This document shows positions 29,398 through 37,393 of a stretch of DNA of 64,000 bases, piece by piece. The DNA is taken from NCBI GenBank assembly GCA_001782035.1, contig MFNL01000001.1, positions 84,078-148,077 on the forward strand, written 5' to 3'. The stretch comes from Candidatus Levybacteria bacterium RIFCSPHIGHO2_01_FULL_37_17 (GTDB taxonomy: Bacteria > Patescibacteriota > Microgenomatia > Levybacterales > UBA12049). The notes below the pieces were generated by a model, which was not told the DNA's origin, did not search any database, and was given only the letters and a program-made list of their open reading frames with translations. Within the stretch, counting starts at the first letter, position 1; each line of letters starts with the position of its first letter. Made by a program: the position numbers and the translations under genes.

Positions 29398-30221
29398 TTG
29401 GGGCAATTATAGCAGTTATTCTACAAGGATTGAGCCAATCATAGTATCGGCGTGGGCTGAGCAATGATAAGGATAAATTCCTGCAGTATCAAAAGTCAAC
29501 GAGTATGAGTCTCCTTTTCCAAGCGCTTTTGAATTCTGCTCTAAATAATAAGTGTGCGCAGGATGTGAATCAGTATTTACATAGTGTTCAATACTTTCGT
29601 CATTCACCCATGTAACTTTTGTACCCTTGCTTATTTTAATATCTTTAGGATCAAACATAATATTGCTTAATTTTATAGTCACTTCTTTCTGTCCTGTCAT
29701 GTCTTCAAAGTTTGATTGCAGACTTCTGTCAATTGCAAATTGGAAATATCCGTCGTGGCAGGACCCATCCGGCCAGCACGCATTGTAATTTACTGTATAT
29801 ATTCCATCAGGTGCGGAAGAATCCATGCTTCTTCTCATAGAAAGCTTATTAGTGTCAATTTCTGTTTCACCAACTCCATAGTCTTTTCCGTTACTCTCTA
29901 TCTTAATTTCAGATGGAGCAGCCAGATCAAAATTAAAATCTATAACTACGTTAACCGGAACACCGGACAACGTTGAGCCGTGTGCTGGAGTATTGCTTTC
30001 ATAGTGGGCGCTTTTTTTTGGGTCAGTAAATGAGGAAGAAATTTGTGAACTTTGATTATCCAAGTTTGTTAAAGAGGGGGAAGTGGATTTGTTCAAGAGA
30101 AAAAATCCTGCAACTAAAACAACTATTACAGTTATTGTTCCTATAACAATATATTTACTCATTTAAGATAAGTACTGTATACACTTTTGCATAATTCTTG
30201 TCAATTGGGGCAATTATAGCA
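29398..30221. repeat. Exact 17-bp direct repeat TTGGGGCAATTATAGCA (29398-29414 and 30205-30221) bracketing one gene
   Basis: Identical sequence at both positions; reverse complement contains an extended -10 box TGCTATAAT. Confidence 0.9.
29416..30162 (-). CDS. Membrane-anchored CopC-like + cupredoxin (plastocyanin-like) fusion protein
   Basis: AHYESNTPAHGSTL...YTVNY...DG CopC pattern; C-terminal H...YHCSAHADTM type-1 Cu ligands. Confidence 0.8.
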   Translation of the reverse strand: MSKYIVIGTITVIVVLVAGFFLLNKSTSPSLTNLDNQSSQISSSFTDPKKSAHYESNTPAHGSTLSGVPVNVVIDFNFDLAAPSEIKIESNGKDYGVGETEIDTNKLSMRRSMDSSAPDGIYTVNYNACWPDGSCHDGYFQFAIDRSLQSNFEDMTGQKEVTIKLSNIMFDPKDIKISKGTKVTWVNDESIEHYVNTDSHPAHTYYLEQNSKALGKGDSYSLTFDTAGIYPYHCSAHADTMIGSILVE

Positions 30222-31257
30222 CCTCGGAAAGCCTCTCCTTATAAAAATTAACAGCGTTTGTTACTGCAGCTGACCAGCCTGATGGCAAAAGATTGTGGCC
30301 TGCATTTGGATAAGTAAAGTAAGTAACATCAATTTTATTTTTTTCTAAAGCTTCAACTAATTCATCCGACCACCAGTAGGGAACTTCCTGGTCATCCAAC
30401 CCTTGGCTTATTAAAATTGGCGCTTTAATCCATTTATAGTATTTCTCGGGAGAAAAAAGCTCGACGTCGTAAAGATTTTCAAAACTTGCAAGAGCTTCTC
30501 TTAACTGTTTTCCCTGGTCATCATATTCGTCGGTGTAATAAAGAATTGAATAAGGAAAAGATTTTGAAACCGGCGCCCATAAGACAGTAGGATAATTTTT
30601 CCCGGAGACTGCAAGTGTAGAAAGCGCAATATGGCCACCATTACTGTGTCCCCAGATTCCTATCCTTTGTAAATCTGCCGAAATAGTCCCTTTATAGTTT
30701 GATTCTAGGCCTTGGTTCAAAGTTGTTAAAGAGGATAAGAGAGTAAGAGCAGTTGTGTATGTTTGAAATCTTCCCTCAAACGAATCGCCCGATTTATCAG
30801 ACTCTCCAAAGTCCAAAAAATCAGGAGCAAGCGTTATAAAACCGGCTCGGGAAAGAACCGTGGCAGATGGTTGAGTGCCCGCCCCAGGTTTATAAACATC
30901 ATTTGGAATAAATCCTCTAAACATTACAATAACCGGATATTCACCTTCTTCTTTTGGAATATTGGCAAGCCCTGATACTTTTAGCATCTCTTTACTATTA
31001 GGCGCTTTGGGAACGTAAAAATAAAATACTTGTTGAAATGAATTTTCATTCTCGCTTATGACACCCCCAAGTCTTATTTGGTTTTGAGGGAATTGAGTCT
31101 TTCTTAAATTTTCAAATGCGTAGGCAAGGAGAGGCCGGGGTATAGGCAACTCTTCGACTATGTTTTGCTTGAACCATTGATTTTGAAAAATGTATAATGA
31201 TTCCAGAGCGACGATGATTAACAAAACCACACAAAATAATCCGAGTACTCTTTTCAC
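30214..31257 (-). CDS. Alpha/beta hydrolase (S9 peptidase-like), N-terminally anchored
   Basis: GHSNGG nucleophile, DQEVP and GHN triad motifs; GTG start 6 nt after TGCTACAAT. Confidence 0.85.
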   Translation of the reverse strand: MKRVLGLFCVVLLIIVALESLYIFQNQWFKQNIVEELPIPRPLLAYAFENLRKTQFPQNQIRLGGVISENENSFQQVFYFYVPKAPNSKEMLKVSGLANIPKEEGEYPVIVMFRGFIPNDVYKPGAGTQPSATVLSRAGFITLAPDFLDFGESDKSGDSFEGRFQTYTTALTLLSSLTTLNQGLESNYKGTISADLQRIGIWGHSNGGHIALSTLAVSGKNYPTVLWAPVSKSFPYSILYYTDEYDDQGKQLREALASFENLYDVELFSPEKYYKWIKAPILISQGLDDQEVPYWWSDELVEALEKNKIDVTYFTYPNAGHNLLPSGWSAAVTNAVNFYKERLSEVL

Positions 31258-31309
31258 GAGCCAATTGTAGCAAATTTGCAATTAACATGTTTCGGTGTAT
31301 AATTCCTTT

Positions 31310-31783
31310 ATGCAAATTGCTGAGAGAAGGACAGGGCTTCGCAGGTTTCTCCCATTTCTTTCCGAAAGAAAACCGAAAGGCCACGATCTAACAGCTGAAC
31401 AAGTAAAGGCAAGAAGACTCGCAAGATATCAAGATAGAGACCCTGTATATGAAGTTGAACAGGAATTGGTTGTTCCGGCTAGTTTATTCAAAGATAAAAT
31501 GGCAGAAGTCTTAGTTATGACACAACTTAGAGATGGAGTCTGGACTTCAATCGCTGCCGCTTACAATGCCGATTCAACATACAACCCAGATATAAGCAAT
31601 GAAAACAGAGTTATCGGCAAAGTAAGTTTTAAGGCAGATTCACTAATTGGCGCCTTGGAGAAAGAAGTCGCTTGGATAGAAGATAGCATTTCTATATATG
31701 GTTGGAATCCTCATAATGAAGGCCTAAGCGAAAGCATAAAAGACACATATAATCAAAGAATATACAAAGTGGTTAGAGATTAA
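31310..31783 (+). CDS. Hypothetical protein
   Basis: ATG 6 nt after TGTATAAT; 157 aa. Confidence 0.6.
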   Translation: MQIAERRTGLRRFLPFLSERKPKGHDLTAEQVKARRLARYQDRDPVYEVEQELVVPASLFKDKMAEVLVMTQLRDGVWTSIAAAYNADSTYNPDISNENRVIGKVSFKADSLIGALEKEVAWIEDSISIYGWNPHNEGLSESIKDTYNQRIYKVVRD

Positions 31784-32289
31784 TCAACGGTTGGGACTTG
31801 TTCTAATTCAGATTTAATTTCATCTTCTGTTTTACTACCATAACTTACAAGTAGCTTGTCGCCATTTTTTATTTCTTTTTCCAGAGCATCTCTATCTTCT
31901 ATGCCGTTAATAAAAAATCTTAATTTTCCAGAGCCATCACCACAAAATATTTGACCGGTTCCTGTAGTCAGACAGTCCTTTGTAAGTTTCATTGGCAAGG
32001 TTTTAAAAAAATTATCCCAGACAGTACCCGTCTTTTTAACAATAACTATATTTGCTTCCTCCATATAAGCGTCTTTTGATTGATTGTGATATTTTGGGTC
32101 TGTAAAAACCCGCTTAGTGTTGTTTGTAAAAATTGCAAATGAGGCTTTTATATTTTGCTTTTCAACCTTTTCTCCAGGCCTAGGAAAGAACGATTCGCTA
32201 ACCTCGCGCTTATTCCCTGAAGAGTATAAGCTAAAAACAATGAGGACAGAAAAAATTAATGTTACAACAAGAAATAAAATTTTTTTCAT
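31780..32289 (-). CDS. Hypothetical membrane-anchored extracytoplasmic protein
   Basis: N-terminal TM; FFKTLPMKLTKDCL...C...LRFFING...GDKLLVSYG. Confidence 0.65.
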   Translation of the reverse strand: MKKILFLVVTLIFSVLIVFSLYSSGNKREVSESFFPRPGEKVEKQNIKASFAIFTNNTKRVFTDPKYHNQSKDAYMEEANIVIVKKTGTVWDNFFKTLPMKLTKDCLTTGTGQIFCGDGSGKLRFFINGIEDRDALEKEIKNGDKLLVSYGSKTEDEIKSELEQVPTVD

Positions 32290-32316
32290 GCAAGGAGACA
32301 CCCTGGTTTTATAAAT

Positions 32317-32796
32317 TTAGGTATCATTTTTCTTATTCTTGTTTTTCCTGTAGATTGTTAATGCCGTAATCAGGGAAACTAGAAATATCATTGAACCTAT
32401 AAAACAAGCTGTTGTAAAGATATTATCTGTTGCAACGCCTGAGCAGGATAATTTTGAGCCCACTTTTTGAGCATAGAAATTATAAATTTCTATGGATAGA
32501 TTAAACCATGCAAAAATAGTTCCTCCAATCAGAAAAATTGAAAGAAATTTTTGATGTTTAATTTTCTTTTCGTTAGATGTTCTAAGAATATATAACGACC
32601 AAATAAAAGCTCCCAGGAATGCAAAAGCTCCGTAAAAACAAGGTGTTGTTATTGGGTTTGGAACAATACAATTTTGTATTCTAGTTAAGGAATGATAAAT
32701 GTTATAAAAACGGTTAAAGTCCGTATAAACAGTAAACCATGCAAATAAAGTACCTAGAAGCAATAAAAACGATTGCAAAAAGTATGCCTTTTTCAT
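32317..32796 (-). CDS. 4-TM membrane protein with internal duplication and paired cysteines
   Basis: GTLFAWF...C...TTPCFYG and GTIFAWF...C...TTACFIG halves. Confidence 0.7.
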   Translation of the reverse strand: MKKAYFLQSFLLLLGTLFAWFTVYTDFNRFYNIYHSLTRIQNCIVPNPITTPCFYGAFAFLGAFIWSLYILRTSNEKKIKHQKFLSIFLIGGTIFAWFNLSIEIYNFYAQKVGSKLSCSGVATDNIFTTACFIGSMIFLVSLITALTIYRKNKNKKNDT

Positions 32797-33107
32797 AGGA
32801 ACATTTTATAAATTCCAGAGAATAAAATCACAAAAACAATTAATGTAAAGGCTGCAAAATACAAAAGCGTTTTACTAAATAAATTAATTGATTCTTTTTT
32901 CTTTCCATCAAGGTATAGTTGCAAAGGGTAGAATAGAAAAACGTATCCCATTACGGCAGCTGATAGAGTAAAAAGTGAGAGAACAGCAATTGGCGCAAAA
33001 ACAGTGTCCTCTTTTGGTAAGTTTCGTGTTCCATAAAACATAAATAGGGAAACCATAACTATATACAAAAGTGCGGTCAGAGCATTAATGATGGGGTTCT
33101 TGCTCAT
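32793..33107 (-). CDS. Small 3-TM membrane protein
   Basis: Hydrophobic ORF (LSLFTLSAAVMGY); overlaps the next start by 4 nt. Confidence 0.7.
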   Translation of the reverse strand: MSKNPIINALTALLYIVMVSLFMFYGTRNLPKEDTVFAPIAVLSLFTLSAAVMGYVFLFYPLQLYLDGKKKESINLFSKTLLYFAAFTLIVFVILFSGIYKMFL

Positions 33108-33149
33108 ATCAAGGAAAGTATATGCATGTTGTTGATAATTTGCAACGTT

Positions 33150-33269
33150 CTACCTGCGCTTTTTCTTCTTTCTTTCAGCAAGCATTGTCCACTTTATTTC
33201 AAGCCTTTTTTTAGTTTTGTGTGAGCGAGATTTTTTCTTCTTTCCAACTCCTGTATCTCTTTTCGCCAT
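33150..33269 (-). CDS. 39-aa highly basic peptide (not in ORF track)
   Basis: MAKRDTGVGKKKKSRSHKTKKRLEIKWTMLAERKKKKRR; ATG 6 nt after minus-strand TATACT. Confidence 0.65.
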   Translation of the reverse strand: MAKRDTGVGKKKKSRSHKTKKRLEIKWTMLAERKKKKRR

Positions 33270-33300
33270 AAGAACAGTATACACTAATTGTCGAAGCGGT

Positions 33301-33681
33301 TTAGATTTGCAGTTTTCTGACGAGAGCTTTTGCTCTTCTAAGGCTATTTTTGGAATTGTAGTGTTTGTATAAATTATCTAAAAACTGGTAGCTAGCAATA
33401 AATGGAACTCCAAATATTTCTGAATTCTCATCTATTATCGTATCTTGAGTTGTATAGTCAGGTGTTTGTTCTTTTATTTGTAGCCTGCGTTTTCCATTTT
33501 GGTTCTTTAGCTCAATTACATAATGAGACCCGTCTTTTCTAAACCTGATCAGACCTATTTCAAGATCGTCAACGGGAAAAAATCTTTTTTGAACAGATTC
33601 TATTAACAAAGGAATTGCGGTTTGAACCTCTTCCGAAGTCCTTGGTTCAGGTTTAGCTTGTTGTTCAGGTCTCTCTACCAT
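33301..33681 (-). CDS. Hypothetical protein
   Basis: 126-aa ORF behind a near-consensus TTGACA-16-TATAAT promoter. Confidence 0.65.
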   Translation of the reverse strand: MVERPEQQAKPEPRTSEEVQTAIPLLIESVQKRFFPVDDLEIGLIRFRKDGSHYVIELKNQNGKRRLQIKEQTPDYTTQDTIIDENSEIFGVPFIASYQFLDNLYKHYNSKNSLRRAKALVRKLQI

Positions 33682-33764
33682 AGTGGAGCAAATTATACCC
33701 TAAGTTTTCTGATTGTCAATGGAACTAGACCTCAAGCTCTATCTTTGATAAAATTAACCCACAT

Positions 33765-33836
33765 TCCGTGGTAGCTCAACGGTAGAGCAGGAAACTGTTA
33801 ATTTCAAGGTTCTAGGTTCGAATCCTAGCCACGGAG
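33765..33836 (+). tRNA. tRNA-Asn (anticodon GTT), CCA not encoded
   Basis: Acceptor TCCGTGG/CCACGGA; D arm GCTC-AACGGTA-GAGC; anticodon loop CTGTTAA; T arm CTAGG-TTCGAAT-CCTAG; discriminator G. Confidence 0.96.
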
Positions 33837-33902
33837 CATCCTGGATAATATAACTATGACCCATTTCTTGACAAATGGAGATAATCTGCTATTATTCACG
33901 CT

Positions 33903-34187
33903 ATGACAGAAAAGAATAACCAAAGTGCTTCCGAATATGCCAGACAACATCCAGAAGAAGTGGATAGAGTTTGGAAAGGGACGCAAGAAGCATTACGCAC
34001 AGGAGACCTGCAAGGTCTTTCAGAGTTACTCTCTGAATCCGCACAACCTTCTGCTTTAGACAGACTGACAAAACAAGTGGAAAGAGAAGCAGATCAAGAT
34101 CCCACTGGTAATGCAAGAAGACACATGGAAGAGAGAAGAACAAGATTATCTGAACAAGCAGAAAGATTTAATAAACCCCAAGAATAA
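33903..34187 (+). CDS. Hypothetical charged protein
   Basis: TTGACA-17-TATTAT promoter 7 nt before ATG. Confidence 0.65.
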   Translation: MTEKNNQSASEYARQHPEEVDRVWKGTQEALRTGDLQGLSELLSESAQPSALDRLTKQVEREADQDPTGNARRHMEERRTRLSEQAERFNKPQE

Positions 34188-34261
34188 CTACAACCCTAAA
34201 CGGGTCTAGTCCGACTCAGGGAGCTGCATATTTCCCGCTTATTTTGCTATAATCCACCTCT

Positions 34262-34933
34262 ATGAGTCCAGAGATGCAGGGCGGTGACTTACAAAATCAA
34301 CAAAGCTTTACTAATGAAGGACTTTCTCCTCAGCAAAAAGCAGCTATTGGTAAGGAAAAGGAGCTTGCTCAACGAGTAATGGATGAAGGCAAGGCTGAGG
34401 AGGTAGTTAATATGTTTAAGCACTCAGTCGACCTAGACAAGCCAGTTTTAACCTACGCGGACATTGGGAGAGTGATGCTTCCCGATATAGCTGGTGAGTT
34501 TCCACTGATTGCCGCAGGAGCAGTCAGAAGAATTGTTAATTCTCTTGTAAAACTGGACGAAAGAAAACTTATCAACGAAAGAAAAAAGAAATTACTTTTT
34601 GAAGCGACACTTGAAAAAGCAGATCCAAAAAAACTAGAAGATGCAAGATCAAAAGCACGTAAAACCAGAAAAGAAAATATAAGGAATGGTAAGACTAAAA
34701 TAAAAACTGAGCATCTGCTGGAAATTAATGGAGCAACGCAATGGACGGAAGATGAAGATACCCTCTTAAAGCTTGTTCTTGAATCTGAAGATTTCAGGCA
34801 TAAAACACATCATCATGGCAGGCCTAACTGGCAGAAAGTTGTGGATTTTATAAATAAAATCTATTATCAAAGGGCTCCTACTAGAACGAGAGACAGCGTT
34901 ATTGGTAATGCAAAAGCAAAAGGTTATCTTTGA
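34262..34933 (+). CDS. Hypothetical protein with C-terminal Myb/SANT-like segment
   Basis: QWTEDEDTLLK...NWQKVV...TRT pattern. Confidence 0.6.
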   Translation: MSPEMQGGDLQNQQSFTNEGLSPQQKAAIGKEKELAQRVMDEGKAEEVVNMFKHSVDLDKPVLTYADIGRVMLPDIAGEFPLIAAGAVRRIVNSLVKLDERKLINERKKKLLFEATLEKADPKKLEDARSKARKTRKENIRNGKTKIKTEHLLEINGATQWTEDEDTLLKLVLESEDFRHKTHHHGRPNWQKVVDFINKIYYQRAPTRTRDSVIGNAKAKGYL

Positions 34934-35033
34934 AGCACGGATAGTTCCTAAATTCGTCCATTAGGCGGAGCAAATTAGCCTCAAAATATCACCTATCTAT
35001 CTTAAAATAAGACTTTATTGTATTATTGTAAAT

Positions 35034-35252
35034 ATGGCCAGTAAAAAACGTGGGGGATACTCATTGTACAAATTTATCACCATTTTAATGGGGAGTCTTC
35101 TTATTCCCATAGGTACAATAATTGGATATCAACTGGGAAAAGGAAACTACACTTATGCTATTTTGGGCATAATATTTCAGACATTTTATGTCTTTTTTCA
35201 AGGATGGTTATGGTGGAAAACAATGGAAAAAAGCGAAGACATGCATTCTTAG
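35034..35252 (+). CDS. Small 2-TM membrane protein
   Basis: Two hydrophobic segments; TATTAT 7 nt before ATG; flanked by the 17-bp repeats. Confidence 0.65.
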   Translation: MASKKRGGYSLYKFITILMGSLLIPIGTIIGYQLGKGNYTYAILGIIFQTFYVFFQGWLWWKTMEKSEDMHS

Positions 35253-35341
35253 TCTAAAAGAAAATGGTTCTTGACCCGTCCATTAGGCGGAGCCATGTCC
35301 TATAGTTGAATATTCATTACCTCCGTGATATAATCTCCGCC

Positions 35342-35695
35342 ATGGCTGAAAAACAACCAATAAGAATTACTCCTGAACAAGGAGAAAACTTCAGAAGAGA
35401 AGGTTTTACTGGAAACGTCTTGGTAAATGCTGGTCAAGAGGTAGGATTTAGTGCTTTAACAGTAGATGTTTTCGGATCACATCCACTTAAACAAATGGTT
35501 GGAGCAACTAGAAGCTACTTCGTCTTGAATGGTTCAGGCAAATTCATTCTTAATGGCGAGGAGATTAAGGTAGCTGAAGGAGACCTGGTGGTCATTCCTG
35601 ACGGCGGAATCTATAAATATTCAGGAGTTATGAAGCTTTTTGAATTCAATGTTCCAGCTACGACCTCAGCAAATTCAATAACCTTGGATGAATAA
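35342..35695 (+). CDS. Cupin domain protein
   Basis: YFVLNGSG...GDLVVIPDG; ATG 7 nt after TGATATAAT. Confidence 0.8.
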   Translation: MAEKQPIRITPEQGENFRREGFTGNVLVNAGQEVGFSALTVDVFGSHPLKQMVGATRSYFVLNGSGKFILNGEEIKVAEGDLVVIPDGGIYKYSGVMKLFEFNVPATTSANSITLDE

Positions 35696-35739
35696 ATAGG
35701 CTCTAGCATTAACATTTTTTTAGTATACTTATCAGTGCT

Positions 35740-36204
35740 GTGACACGAAGCTCAACATTATTTTTAAAGGCAGCAGTTTTACTTATCGCAGCAGCGGTGT
35801 TTTTTGGCATGATTCGGTTTCCTCAGACTGAGGGAAGAGCGACCAACCTAGATCTAGTCAGTATTTATAAAGACCCGTTTATTATCTACATTTATATAGC
35901 TTCAATCTCATTTTTTGTGGCATTATATCAAGCTTTTAAGCTTTTAGGCTATGTTGATAAAAACAAGATTTTCTCTCAAGCTTCTGTGAAAGCTGTGAGG
36001 AATATAAAATACTGCGCAATAGCCCTTGTCGCTTTTTTTGTAGGGGCAGAAACCTACCTATTTATAGTGGAACGCGGCAAGTCTGATGATATTGCGGGCG
36101 GCGTTATGATGGGTCTTTTTATTATTTTTGCCTCACTTATAGTTGTAGCCGCGGCAGATGTTTTTGAAAGACTTCTTCAAAAAACAATTACGAAGCACAG
36201 CTAA
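35740..36204 (+). CDS. DUF2975 family membrane protein
   Basis: FFVALYQAFKLLGYVDKNKIFS...VRNIKYCA...VFERLL. Confidence 0.8.
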   Translation: MTRSSTLFLKAAVLLIAAAVFFGMIRFPQTEGRATNLDLVSIYKDPFIIYIYIASISFFVALYQAFKLLGYVDKNKIFSQASVKAVRNIKYCAIALVAFFVGAETYLFIVERGKSDDIAGGVMMGLFIIFASLIVVAAADVFERLLQKTITKHS

Positions 36205-36329
36205 AAACACAGTTCGTAAATTCGTCACCATTCGACAGGATTAGAATCTACAACATTAAGTGGAGCACATCTTCTCCTTAAGACCAAAAAATTGTATAAT
36301 AGAGAAACGAAAGGAGGCAAAATAAAATT

Positions 36330-36527
36330 ATGAACGGAACAATTAAGAAAAAGACGGATAGAGGATTTGGGTTTATTTCCCGAGAAGGAGAAGCCAGAGA
36401 TCTATTTTTTCATTCTAAAGACTTAGTAGGCGTTACTTTTGATGAACTTCAAGAGGGAGCATCTGTTACTTTTGATGTTGAAAATACTGAAAAAGGACCA
36501 GCAGCAAAAAACGTAAAACTTGCTTAA
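36330..36527 (+). CDS. cspA: Cold-shock protein
   Basis: RGFGFI (RNP1), LFFH (RNP2), KGPAAKNV; strong SD AAGGAGG. Confidence 0.93.
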   Translation: MNGTIKKKTDRGFGFISREGEARDLFFHSKDLVGVTFDELQEGASVTFDVENTEKGPAAKNVKLA

Positions 36528-36612
36528 GTAAAACAATTCAATTTTATCGCTCAGTGAAAGCCCATTTGACTTTTAGGAAAGAAAGAGAGATTATTTCCTT
36601 AACTTTAAGGGG

Positions 36613-36876
36613 GTGATGAATTTGGCAGATAAAGGCAAAAAGTTAGGTATTGTGACTCATTTCTACGACAAGATTGGTGTTGGAATAGTTAAACTTGATT
36701 CCAATTTAAAAGTGGGCGACAAGCTTAAGTTTTCCGGCAACAACACTGATTTTGAACAAGTTATTTCCCAAATGCAGTTTGACCACAAAGATATTGAAAC
36801 CGCCAAAAAAGGACAAGAAGTTGGAATAAAACTAGACGGCGTTGTTAAAAAAGGAGACTCAGCTTACATATTATAA
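36613..36876 (+). CDS. Stand-alone EF-Tu domain II-like beta-barrel protein
   Basis: GIVTHFYDKIGVG...LKVGD...AKKGQEVGIK. Confidence 0.75.
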   Translation: MMNLADKGKKLGIVTHFYDKIGVGIVKLDSNLKVGDKLKFSGNNTDFEQVISQMQFDHKDIETAKKGQEVGIKLDGVVKKGDSAYIL

Positions 36877-36890
36877 GGGGGTGATTATAA

Positions 36891-37091
36891 ATGGCTGAAA
36901 AAGAAATGAATTATGGGCATCATTGTGGGGGAGGACACTTTCTATTCACAATAGGACTTATTGCAATTGTCTACGGATTGGTGCAATGGGCAATGGTTAT
37001 GTATAACCTACCAACTTATGGAGCCTGGATTTTGGGGGGAGCTTTATTAATTGTTGTTTGGCGGGTAAAGAAAATGATGTGGATGAAATAA
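36891..37091 (+). CDS. Small 2-TM membrane protein
   Basis: SD AGGGGGTG; HHC near N-terminus; two hydrophobic helices. Confidence 0.65.
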   Translation: MAEKEMNYGHHCGGGHFLFTIGLIAIVYGLVQWAMVMYNLPTYGAWILGGALLIVVWRVKKMMWMK

Positions 37092-37180
37092 CCATAAGCT
37101 AATAATGGAAGACCGTACTTATTATAAATTGGCAATTTTTGCAAGAACTAATTATTTAATCTGGTTGTGTACCTTGTAGG

Positions 37181-37393
37181 CTATTTAGTTAAAACAGCCG
37201 AGTAGCCAATCCTTTTTATTATCTGTATTATTTCATCTTCCGAAATTTTCTCTGGATCAAATTTAATATCTGTAGTTGATTTTGCATAGCTGGTTCTTGA
37301 TTCTTGTACCCCATTATCTTCTAGCTCTCCATCTATATCCATTGCGCAACTGGAGCAGTGCATTCCTTGTAGCTTTAGTTTCAGATTTTTCAT
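37181..37393 (-). CDS. copZ: Heavy-metal-associated (HMA) copper chaperone
   Basis: GMHCSSC motif. Confidence 0.88.
   Translation of the reverse strand: MKNLKLKLQGMHCSSCAMDIDGELEDNGVQESRTSYAKSTTDIKFDPEKISEDEIIQIIKRIGYSAVLTK

Larger units (their letters stand above)
34202..36267 (+). repeat. Degenerate tRNA-3'-end-like repeats ending GGAGC between genes downstream of tRNA-Asn
   Basis: Copies at 34202-34224, 34943-34972, 35266-35295 and 36211-36267; exact 17-mer CGTCCATTAGGCGGAGC at 34955 and 35277. Confidence 0.75.

Noticed and set aside
33678-33695. CCATAGTGGAGCAAATTA resembles the tRNA-associated repeat at 34958-34977
   Set aside because: It lies upstream of the tRNA and overlaps the start codon and -10 box of the opposite-strand gene, so it is plausibly coincidental.
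26417-36270. CRISPR array or classical integron interpretation of the repeats
   Set aside because: Spacing is gene-sized (about 320-940 bp) rather than 30-40 bp. No cas or intI gene is present, and I saw no attC-type RYYYAAC...GTTRRRY hairpins.
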